The position numbers were made by a program, and so were the translations under genes. This document shows positions 28,331 to 36,530 of a stretch of 64,000 nt of DNA, in pieces (position 1 is the first letter of the stretch; every line of letters begins with the position of its first letter). The stretch is from an uncultured virus (IMG/VR IMGVR_UViG_3300020231_000201) (lineage: Duplodnaviria > Heunggongvirae > Uroviricota > Caudoviricetes), in IMG/VR virus record IMGVR_UViG_3300020231_000201; one strand, written 5' to 3'. The notes beneath the pieces were generated by a model. That model saw nothing but the letters and a program-made list of their open reading frames with translations. It ran no database searches and had not been told where the DNA came from.

Positions 28331-28394
28331 CTCCTGACTTTTTCAACGGGTTGAAACGCTGGTGTTAAATATCTTGGGAGATTAACTACTGGCA

Positions 28395-28829
28395 TTGACT
28401 TCTCACAAATCAGCTATCCATAGCGATAGCCATGAAGGGTTATTCACTACTCCTGACAGCTCTCAAGAGGCTAGTCAAAAATGTGATACCAAATTGCAAA
28501 CTGATCAAGCACACAAGCAAGTCTTTGATAAGAAAAAAAACAGATTAGTTTGGAAAGAAGAAAAATTTGTTGCAATCTTTCCTGTTGATTCAGGAAGGGG
28601 AATGTCCAATTTAAATTCAAATTGGAATATTAGCAACGAACCTTTATTCAAGAAAATTGTTTCAGAAGATTCTGCAACTGGCGACAGAATAGAATTTAGG
28701 AACAAAGGAACTAAACTCAAATACAGAAAAACATTTGAGCAAGACGGTTCACTAAGAAAATCTCACAAATTGAATCACAATCATTTTGTGTTAATACGCA
28801 ACTTCAAGAAAAAGGAGAGTAAGAATTGA
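28395..28829 (+). CDS. Hypothetical protein, first gene of the putative early region
   Basis: 144-aa ORF, TTG start. Confidence 0.65.
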   Translation: MTSHKSAIHSDSHEGLFTTPDSSQEASQKCDTKLQTDQAHKQVFDKKKNRLVWKEEKFVAIFPVDSGRGMSNLNSNWNISNEPLFKKIVSEDSATGDRIEFRNKGTKLKYRKTFEQDGSLRKSHKLNHNHFVLIRNFKKKESKN

Positions 28830-29194
28830 TAGACACTCTTACATCTACAATAGCAAGAATCCCTGAAACATTTATCGGGAATAACAAAAAAGCAAAACTT
28901 AGAAAATCGAAAAAGACAAAGGAAATTTCAGCACAACTAGGAAGGGGAAAATCTGCAATCCTCGAAGCAAAACCAAATCTTAGAAAATCAATCATAAAAA
29001 CCCAAAAGGTAAAACCTAAGAAAGCATGGTTTCAACAACTCCGTATAATCTATGCAATAGATTTTGCAATCTACGGAAACAAACTTCATGCACTAGAAGT
29101 TTCAAAATGCTATCGACATTCATTCGAACTTGCGAAAGCAAAAATCACACAATTAGAGAAAACGCAAAAACTCAAGGCGGTAGTTACAAATTGA
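28826..29194 (+). CDS. Basic hypothetical protein
   Basis: AAGGAG RBS; overlapping TTGA junction. Confidence 0.65.
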   Translation: MIDTLTSTIARIPETFIGNNKKAKLRKSKKTKEISAQLGRGKSAILEAKPNLRKSIIKTQKVKPKKAWFQQLRIIYAIDFAIYGNKLHALEVSKCYRHSFELAKAKITQLEKTQKLKAVVTN

Positions 29195-29425
29195 GTAGCC
29201 AACAAATGATTGAAGCAAGAGCATTACAAATCAAGATACAGCGAGTTCATAAGAGAGCTCACGAAATAGCTTGCAAATATGTTATTGCAGAATTAGGTCG
29301 AGGAATGAACAATATCAAGCAATAGATGAAAGTTTCATTCGATATTGAAACAGGAACAAGAAAATGTCAATTCTGCAATCGTTCAATCGGCATGGGCGAA
29401 TTTTGTAGAAATTGCATTGAGTGAA

Positions 29426-29461
29426 GTTGACAGGAATTTCAGTTAATTCTGGATTCCCAAC
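29426..29461 (+). repeat. 36-nt hairpin repeat, copy 1
   Basis: GTTGACAGGAATTTCAGTTAATTCTGGATTCCCAAC. Confidence 0.95.
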
Positions 29462-29593
29462 TTTTGAACATTCGGGAGAACCGTTATTGAACAAAGCTTA
29501 TTTCAGAAAATCTATGTATTTCAGAAAATGGTAGTGGGTATGCAGTTTGAACAGTAATTGTTCAATCCCTACTACCATACAAAAAACAATGAA

Positions 29594-29629
29594 GTTGAAA
29601 GGAGTTTCAGTTAATTCTGGATTCCCAAC
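29594..29629 (+). repeat. 36-nt hairpin repeat, copy 2
   Basis: GTTGAAAGGAGTTTCAGTTAATTCTGGATTCCCAAC. Confidence 0.95.
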
Positions 29630-29751
29630 TTTTTAGATAGAGAACGGTAAAAGTGCGATATTTTATTACTTTGAGAAATTCATTTCTACATTGTAATCCA
29701 TATTGCCACCAAACTCTATCTAGTCAAAATGGAAATTAGGAGATAATAAAA

Positions 29752-29943
29752 TTGTCTACACAAGTATATGTTATAAAAAACCCAAAAGCCCCACGTTCAT
29801 TTGCACAAGTAAAATGTATTTTTGCAATCGGAAAGGCATTAAATTATAGCGAAGAAAAAATCAGAGCTTTACAAAAGAAAGCAGTAACAAAAGGTCAAGC
29901 ATCAGCTATGATCAAACAGTTGAAAAAAGTTCAATCAATTTAA
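29752..29943 (+). CDS. Small basic protein
   Basis: AGGAGA RBS; SFAQVKCI...TKGQASAMIKQL resembles small helical phage domains. Confidence 0.65.
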   Translation: MSTQVYVIKNPKAPRSFAQVKCIFAIGKALNYSEEKIRALQKKAVTKGQASAMIKQLKKVQSI

Positions 29944-29946
29944 GAA

Positions 29947-29982
29947 GTTGACAGGAAATTCTGTTAATTCAGTTTTCCCAAC
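29947..29982 (+). repeat. 36-nt hairpin repeat, copy 3 (compensatory substitutions)
   Basis: GTTGACAGGAAATTCTGTTAATTCAGTTTTCCCAAC. Confidence 0.9.
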
Positions 29983-30071
29983 ATTCTAAAAAAAAGCAGA
30001 ACTATGAAGCCGAAGCTAATGCAGAAGCTAATGATTAATTCTGTCAAAAATGGAAAAGGAGAATAAAAATT

Positions 30072-30350
30072 ATGGCAAATTTTGAAAGTAAGAACGGCAA
30101 GCTCTTTATTGATGGAAAAAAAGTTCTCAAAGGCTGGGAATCATTTTCAGGTTGGTATTGGTTTGCAACAGAAAAAGTCCAAGTTCAAGAAGATGAATTT
30201 TCTGATCATGATCAAATATGGTTTGGTTTTGTTCAAGGACTTGAAGAAGAATGGGGAGATTTCGCACAAGCCGAAATTGAAGCATTAGGAAAAAATAAGG
30301 TATGGGAAATCCCAGCTAAGAACTTATCATTTAGTGGTAGACGAAATTGA
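30072..30350 (+). CDS. DUF2958-like protein
   Basis: GWYWFATE...WFGFVQGLEEEWGDF...EIEAL. Confidence 0.7.
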   Translation: MANFESKNGKLFIDGKKVLKGWESFSGWYWFATEKVQVQEDEFSDHDQIWFGFVQGLEEEWGDFAQAEIEALGKNKVWEIPAKNLSFSGRRN

Positions 30351-30745
30351 TGTTCAATATATTCAATCGAAAATCAGATCACGAAAAGAATCTTTACATT
30401 TTAGAAAATACACATGACGGAAATGAGTTAGCTCCATGCCACCTTAGTTTAGTTGAAGGTTCATCAAATCACAACTTGAGTAAAAAAGGCAGAAAAGCAT
30501 TAACTGATCTTTACAAAAGTGTAATTTCAGGATATACAAAACCATTCTATCACGGTGTTGAAAATATGACACAAGACCTTGAAGGCTATATCTATTGGAA
30601 AGAAATCAGAATTGAGCATTATAGTTTTGACGAATATGAAGAAGCTGATATTGCAATTAAAAAACTGGAAAGTGAATGTAAAACAATAGAATCAAAAGGA
30701 CTTGAAGTAACAAGCCTAAGATTATCTGCATTGTGGAGTAAATAG
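30347..30745 (+). CDS. Hypothetical phage protein
   Basis: 132-aa coupled ORF. Confidence 0.7.
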   Translation: MMFNIFNRKSDHEKNLYILENTHDGNELAPCHLSLVEGSSNHNLSKKGRKALTDLYKSVISGYTKPFYHGVENMTQDLEGYIYWKEIRIEHYSFDEYEEADIAIKKLESECKTIESKGLEVTSLRLSALWSK

Positions 30746-31473
30746 ATAATTGACACAAATGAAAAACGTAAAAGGCGATCATTTATGTCCGATCTGTAAA
30801 CTGGGAAAAGAATACAACACAACTACCTGTAATAGTATTATGACACATGGTTCAAAATGGAATGTATAGATGAATAAAAATCCTCATGTAGCATATAGTC
30901 AATATATAGAATTATTAAAAATGATACCAATACAGGATCTTGAATTAGCATTAATAACACAACAAGAAAAACAAGCTAAAGCAGAATATCAAATTCAATT
31001 TTTATCTGAAGAACTTGAAAGAAGGGATTTAAAATGAAAAACAGTCTAAGAGATTTAGAATTAATTGATTTAGATAAATTCTATTCTGAAATCAACAAAG
31101 TGTTTAGTCCTGATGAAGCGAATAAAATCGCTAAAGTAATTCATAGTTGTTATGAAAATTGAATTTCCACGAAGTAGTTGAGATGTGGACAAATAAAACA
31201 AAAGATGAAATTTGTTATAATTGTTCATTCAGTTTTAAAAACGGCTTATGCCCATGCAGAATTACTCACATAAATCAACATTGTGAAAATTATTGGAAAA
31301 CAGGGAATTTTGAAATTTGAGTCAAATTCCAAAAGAAAGTCTAAGAGATTGGATAGTTGAAGATCTTCAGAATGTTTTTAGCAAATTTTTTGATGATAGA
31401 TATTCAATATTTGATGATTTAGAAATATTGGATCATATCGCAGATAATATTAAATCATTATTAAAAAAACGAA

Positions 31474-31509
31474 GTTGACAGGAATTTCAGTTAATTCTGG
31501 ATTCCCAAC
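31474..31509 (+). repeat. 36-nt hairpin repeat, copy 4
   Basis: Identical to copy 1. Confidence 0.95.
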
Positions 31510-31547
31510 ATTCAAAAAAAATGGAAAATTTTAGGAGATAAAAAATT

Positions 31548-32018
31548 ATGCCTGAAACGATTGAAAAAATAGTCTTACAAAAGACTACTAATACAAAACT
31601 CATCAAGTTTGGCGTATTTCGTTCTGAAAATGGAATTGAAATTATTGCAGAATCAAAACCATTTGAAAATTTCTTTAAACGAAATAAACTAAACACAGAT
31701 GAAGTAAAGTGGGAAGGAACACAACCATATAATTATCCAAATGGTCTTGACGACAATACTGTCGCACTATTACATTATTGGAAAAAAGGTTTGTTTACTG
31801 ACCGAGAACATACCAAACCAAATCTCTCATTTTTAAGAGCAAAGGGATTAGGAACTGGAAAAACATTTGTTATTACAGATTCGATTTATTCTAAAACTGA
31901 AATTGCAAGATTCACAAAAAATGCAAGAGAAGAAATCAAAAAATTCTTCGATCAGTTTATGAAACCTGTTAATGTTTCAGTAGAAATCGTTTTTACGATT
32001 AATGACGATACGGAGTAA
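31548..32018 (+). CDS. Hypothetical protein upstream of amidoligase
   Basis: 156 aa; AGGAGA RBS. Confidence 0.75.
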   Translation: MPETIEKIVLQKTTNTKLIKFGVFRSENGIEIIAESKPFENFFKRNKLNTDEVKWEGTQPYNYPNGLDDNTVALLHYWKKGLFTDREHTKPNLSFLRAKGLGTGKTFVITDSIYSKTEIARFTKNAREEIKKFFDQFMKPVNVSVEIVFTINDDTE

Positions 32019-32021
32019 AAT

Positions 32022-32900
32022 TTGTCACAGCATAAATTATTGTTAGGACATCTTTCACAAAGCAAAACTCCTGTATCACTAGACAATATAATGGAGTTTG
32101 TTGAAACTTGGGAAGCAATAATACCAAGATCAACAATTCGTGCAAGACTAGCTGAATTAAGATTAAAGGATCAGATTTTTCAAAATCCAGATAGTCATTT
32201 ATTTTCAATTAAAACAAGAGAACAATTAGAAACACAATTTGCAGGAAGCATACAATGTGTAAATCTAGTTGGGATAGAATTAGAAGGCGGTTGGGATAAT
32301 AGACCGCATAATTTTCATGGCGATCCTTCTGTAAGTTGCTCAGGAGCTATTGTTGGAGAAACAATTAGTGATCCAATGAAATTATCAGAAGCAATAGCAT
32401 GGACAACTAAAAACTATCCAGATTACTCAAATCGAAGCTGTGGAATTCACGTTCATCTTAGTTTCTCAAATAGACTTGCATATATGCAAATGCTAGACAA
32501 GAAATTTTATGAACAAGTATTTTTACCACAAGCAGAAATTTGGGGCAAAAATAATAAAGTTAGAGAAGGTTCTGCATTTTGGGATCGATTAAGTGGAAAT
32601 AATAGATTTTGCTTAAAAGGTTTTGAAGGCGAGAAACAAGCAAAACTTAGTTCAAAAAATGGAATAAGATATAGACATCTAAACTATTGTTGGAATCTTC
32701 ACAATACGTTAGAGTGTAGATTATTCCCATGCTTTCAAGCTAAAGAAAAGGGAGTTCCGAAATTAGCTCATAACGCAATTAAGTTCTTTTATCATCTTGC
32801 AAATAATTATTTGAAGGCACAAAAAGCTGAACCAAGAGTGGTTGAAGAAATCACAGTTGATGTTCAAGACGAATCACAGGAAACTAAGATATGTGTGTAA
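32022..32900 (+). CDS. Putative amidoligase (COOH-NH2 ligase, Amidoligase_2-like) with N-terminal HTH-like extension
   Basis: GIELEG, DPSV, ETIS, SCGIHVHLS, RYRHLN, TLECRLF. Confidence 0.8.
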   Translation: MSQHKLLLGHLSQSKTPVSLDNIMEFVETWEAIIPRSTIRARLAELRLKDQIFQNPDSHLFSIKTREQLETQFAGSIQCVNLVGIELEGGWDNRPHNFHGDPSVSCSGAIVGETISDPMKLSEAIAWTTKNYPDYSNRSCGIHVHLSFSNRLAYMQMLDKKFYEQVFLPQAEIWGKNNKVREGSAFWDRLSGNNRFCLKGFEGEKQAKLSSKNGIRYRHLNYCWNLHNTLECRLFPCFQAKEKGVPKLAHNAIKFFYHLANNYLKAQKAEPRVVEEITVDVQDESQETKICV

Positions 32901-33718
32901 TAATTAATTGTGTAAATGAATTCCCAAGTTTAGCAACATTAGAAAGTGCAGAACAAATGAATCCGCATGGAGCTGGTGTAGCTTGGGTAGAAAATGGTAA
33001 AGTAAAATACAAAAAAGGAATTGATTTAGATGCTAAGAAAATTTTTGAAATGACAAAGACATTACCGCTTCCAGCGATAATACATTTCAGAATTGCAAGT
33101 ATAGGAAAAATAATTCCTGAATTGTGCCACCCATTTCCAATTAACGAAAATGCCGATCTAACACTAGAAGGAATTTCAGATTCAGTTCTGTTTCATAATG
33201 GAACTTGGTCAGATTGGAAAAAAGCCATTGAAGATTCAATAAGTAAAAAGCAAATACCATTTTCACTTGCTAACCAAGAATGGTCAGATTCAAGAAGTAT
33301 GGCTTGGTTAGCTGATAAATTTGGAGTAGATATTTTGAAAAGAATTCCATTAGGAAATAAAATTTCTGTATTAACTCCAAAAGGAATTATAACATTTGGG
33401 AAATTTGTTAGTGTAGGTAAATTTTCATGCAGTAATGATTACTTTACGCCAGCTACATGGGATCTTGAAAATGTAAATTATTACCCACACAATAGAGTTC
33501 CAGTAAAATCAAAATCAAAATTAAATTCAAAGCAGAAAAAGAAATTAAAAAAGAGATACGAAAAATCAATTCAGCAACAAATTGATAAAGATGAATCATA
33601 CACGATTTCAAACGAAGATGATGATTACAACAAAGCCAAAGAAGAACTGTATGATGATATGAGCATAGTTGCAAAACAGTATTTCGATAAGAATATCGAT
33701 AATGGAAATAGGAGATAA
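32891..33718 (+). CDS. Class II (Ntn) glutamine amidotransferase
   Basis: N-terminal nucleophile MC, NPHGAG, HFRIAS, CHPF, LFHNG, SDS. Confidence 0.85.
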   Translation: MCVIINCVNEFPSLATLESAEQMNPHGAGVAWVENGKVKYKKGIDLDAKKIFEMTKTLPLPAIIHFRIASIGKIIPELCHPFPINENADLTLEGISDSVLFHNGTWSDWKKAIEDSISKKQIPFSLANQEWSDSRSMAWLADKFGVDILKRIPLGNKISVLTPKGIITFGKFVSVGKFSCSNDYFTPATWDLENVNYYPHNRVPVKSKSKLNSKQKKKLKKRYEKSIQQQIDKDESYTISNEDDDYNKAKEELYDDMSIVAKQYFDKNIDNGNRR

Positions 33719-33724
33719 AAAATT

Positions 33725-33949
33725 ATGACAAAACAAACATTAGCATACAATTTATTAAATGATGGATTAGTTACTCGAGTAGATACTGATAACTTTCTTG
33801 TAGGAGAAAAACAGTATAAAGTAAGACGAGAAAACAACGACAAATATTTTTACGAATTCTTTTGCAGTTGTCCTGCATGGAAATTCGATAAAGACCATGA
33901 TTGCAAACATTGTATTGCAGTAAGATTATTTGAAAAACAAGGAAATTAA
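33725..33949 (+). CDS. SWIM zinc-finger protein
   Basis: CSCPAW...CKHC. Confidence 0.8.
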   Translation: MTKQTLAYNLLNDGLVTRVDTDNFLVGEKQYKVRRENNDKYFYEFFCSCPAWKFDKDHDCKHCIAVRLFEKQGN

Positions 33950-33950
33950 A

Positions 33951-34280
33951 ATGTCAAAACAATTATTAAAATTTAATATTACAAAATATCTTCTTGATGC
34001 AAATCAAGATAGCTGTCCTTTAATCGAATTAGAGGTATGTTGTAATATGACAACACACGAAGAAATCAGAAGATTTCCTTCAAAATATGAGAGATTAAGT
34101 TGCAGGAAAATTTTGCAATTCGTTGGAGATGATCCTAATAGATTAATCATTTACCCATTAGACAATCAAAAAATGAAACTAAATATAGTGATCTATAAGT
34201 TACTTGATCAAGGTTGGGGTTTAGCAAGGATTGGAAACTTTTTAAATAGTTACCACGAAGAAAAGAAACAAAATGACTAA
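33951..34280 (+). CDS. Hypothetical protein
   Basis: ORF (track start 33930; ATG at 33951 more likely). Confidence 0.55.
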   Translation: MSKQLLKFNITKYLLDANQDSCPLIELEVCCNMTTHEEIRRFPSKYERLSCRKILQFVGDDPNRLIIYPLDNQKMKLNIVIYKLLDQGWGLARIGNFLNSYHEEKKQND

Positions 34281-34365
34281 AGTTAAAAGAAAAAATCTAA
34301 GAGAAGAAGCATTTGAGGAATTAAATGCAATTCAATTAGATTGGTATATTAAAAATTATTAAAAA

Positions 34366-34689
34366 TTGAGCCATTACATTATAGCAAAAGGAAATATTGA
34401 ATTCCCATTGAAAATTGAAAAGCACATTATAGGATTAATTTTTACAGAAATGAACAATGACGATTCATTTTATCAATTAGATCGTTCAAGCGGAAACAGA
34501 TTTGAAAGAATTGATTTTGAAATGGGCGGAACAAATGGAATTGATTATGATCCATTAGATAAAATCAAAGATAGATGTATTGAACTTGGTTGCAAAGAAG
34601 ATTTAGAAATTACAACTTCTGAATATGTCGAATCTCAAGGAGAAGGTTATCACTTTGAAAATATCGTGGATTGGTTACGAGAAAAATAA
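34366..34689 (+). CDS. Acidic hypothetical protein
   Basis: 107-aa ORF. Confidence 0.65.
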   Translation: MSHYIIAKGNIEFPLKIEKHIIGLIFTEMNNDDSFYQLDRSSGNRFERIDFEMGGTNGIDYDPLDKIKDRCIELGCKEDLEITTSEYVESQGEGYHFENIVDWLREK

Positions 34690-34842
34690 TGTATTTTAAC
34701 ACATTATGTTTAACAATAATCTCAATGATAATTGGCGGATCTGCAAAGGTCTATGCTATGGGATTAATATTTCAGTAGGCATGAAATGTTTAAATAAATT
34801 ATCAATAAATAAAAAAATGGAATTACTAGGAGGTAATTGAAT

Positions 34843-35586
34843 ATGAAAGCGTATAGAAATGTAGAAATAATTTCTGGCAAAAATGCAATACCTGTAAAGG
34901 TTTGTGGTATGACAGAAAAAGAACAAAGTATTTTCAGCAATACTTGTCCTCATTGTGAGGGTTCAGTAGGATATGAAAACAAATGTCAAGGCGAATGTGG
35001 AAAAATTATCCCTTATGCAGAAATAGCTAAAGGATATACCACAATGAAAGATGGCGTAGAACAAAAAATTCTGTTCAAAAAAGAACAGATTGACCAACTA
35101 AAATCACTCGAACAACAAATCAAAGTGATCGGTTCAATGCCATACGATCAAATTGACATCAGAACAATAGGAGAAGGTTACTACATCTTACCTAGAAAGT
35201 TAGAACCAAAAAAGAAAAACTCTCCAGATTCAAAACAACCTTATTGTGCATTAGTAAAAGGTTTAGAACAAACTGGAAAAGTTCTTCAAATCAAATACAC
35301 ACTTTCAGGAAAAGAAAAACTAGGAATCTTAACCGCACAAAACGGTTTAATCATTCTCAAGAATGTTGTCTATGATGAACAACTAAGAGAATGTGACGAA
35401 GAACCAACTGTAACATTAAAACCAGCAGAAATAAAGTCGGCAAAAAACTTCATTGACGCACTAAAACAAACTGATCTCACAAAAGTAGAGAACGAGTATT
35501 CAACTGCGATTGAAGAATTGCTAGCTGGAAAAGTTCCAGAAATTGTTACTGCAAGACAATCAGCAGGAATGGATTTCTTCGAGTAA
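34843..35586 (+). CDS. ku: Prokaryotic-type Ku DNA end-binding protein
   Basis: AYRNVEIISGKNAIPVKV...CPHCEGSVGYENKC...IPYAEIAKGY...GYYILP...PYCALVKGL parallels bacterial Ku (GLVNIPVKLY...IVKGYE...YYL.P...Y.LL..AL). GGAGG RBS; track start 34837. Confidence 0.85.
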   Translation: MKAYRNVEIISGKNAIPVKVCGMTEKEQSIFSNTCPHCEGSVGYENKCQGECGKIIPYAEIAKGYTTMKDGVEQKILFKKEQIDQLKSLEQQIKVIGSMPYDQIDIRTIGEGYYILPRKLEPKKKNSPDSKQPYCALVKGLEQTGKVLQIKYTLSGKEKLGILTAQNGLIILKNVVYDEQLRECDEEPTVTLKPAEIKSAKNFIDALKQTDLTKVENEYSTAIEELLAGKVPEIVTARQSAGMDFFE

Positions 35587-35593
35587 CTAAAAA

Positions 35594-36424
35594 TTGGTTA
35601 AAGTAGCAAAGCCTGAAAAAGATGGCAAGATACAAACCAATGAAGTTGATAAGTTACTTGGAAAAAAGTTCGCTGATTATATTGCAGAACCAAAACTAGA
35701 TGGCGAAAGATGTCTAGTTCAAAAAGAAAACGATAAGATCACACTAGTTCGAGAAAACGGTAATGTGAAAAACTCACACTATCCAGAACTAGTGGATTTT
35801 TTTTCTAACCTAAACTTACCAAATAAAACAATCATAGATGGTGAAGTTGTTGTTTTGAAAAATGATTTTCATGCAAACTTTAACCAACTTTTGAATAGAC
35901 AAACAACTGGATCATTAAGACAGAAACTTCTCTTACAGCAACTACCTGTTACATTCATGGGTTTTGATATTCTCAAGTATGATGGGGAAGATTTGACAAG
36001 AGAATCTTTTGAATACAGGCGATCTATTCTTGAAAAAACAGGAGCTAGAGTAATGCCTCAATTCAATCCAAAGGAAATACACCCATTAATTGACAAATAT
36101 GAAATGGAAGGCGTAGTAGTAAAACTGAAAACTGCAAAATATTATGACGATAAGGCACAGATAAAACTGAAGGCTTGGGAAGAAGATGATTTCAAAGTCA
36201 CAGGATTCGATACATCTGAAAGTAGATTGATCTCGGCATTACATATTGAAACATTTGATGGCGTTGATGCAGGTAAAGTAAACTATACTGGCTATTCAGA
36301 TACAGAAGAATGGGCTAAAAAAGTTGTAGGAATGATAGCGGTAGTTCGTTATTTGAAATACACAGATAACACAGGTAACAAAAAGAAATTCCCTGTGTTA
36401 AAGGAATTACGGGAGAAAAAATAA
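35594..36424 (+). CDS. lig: Minimal ATP-dependent DNA ligase (adenylation + OB domain)
   Basis: Motif I EPKLDGER, III IIDGEVV, IIIa FMGFDIL, IV EGVVVK, V IKLK. Confidence 0.92.
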   Translation: MVKVAKPEKDGKIQTNEVDKLLGKKFADYIAEPKLDGERCLVQKENDKITLVRENGNVKNSHYPELVDFFSNLNLPNKTIIDGEVVVLKNDFHANFNQLLNRQTTGSLRQKLLLQQLPVTFMGFDILKYDGEDLTRESFEYRRSILEKTGARVMPQFNPKEIHPLIDKYEMEGVVVKLKTAKYYDDKAQIKLKAWEEDDFKVTGFDTSESRLISALHIETFDGVDAGKVNYTGYSDTEEWAKKVVGMIAVVRYLKYTDNTGNKKKFPVLKELREKK

Positions 36425-36530
36425 TGGAAGATGAATCTCAAGATGAATCTCAACAAAGAGGTAGAGGAATTTGTCGATCTTGTAAAGAGATGAAGAATGA
36501 TGTCCTTGCAGATAATGGATATTGTTCTGA

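Noticed and set aside
29427..29455. Bacterial sigma70 promoter (TTGACA) or integron attC site in the 36-nt repeat
   Set aside because: No TATAAT-like box at 17 nt; copy 2 has TTGAAA; end order GTT...AAC is opposite to attC; no integrase seen; context is archaeal.
29426..31509. CRISPR array
   Set aside because: Repeat length and ends are CRISPR-like, but the intervals are 132 to about 1490 nt, contain genes, and no cas gene is recognisable. Reported as a hairpin repeat instead.
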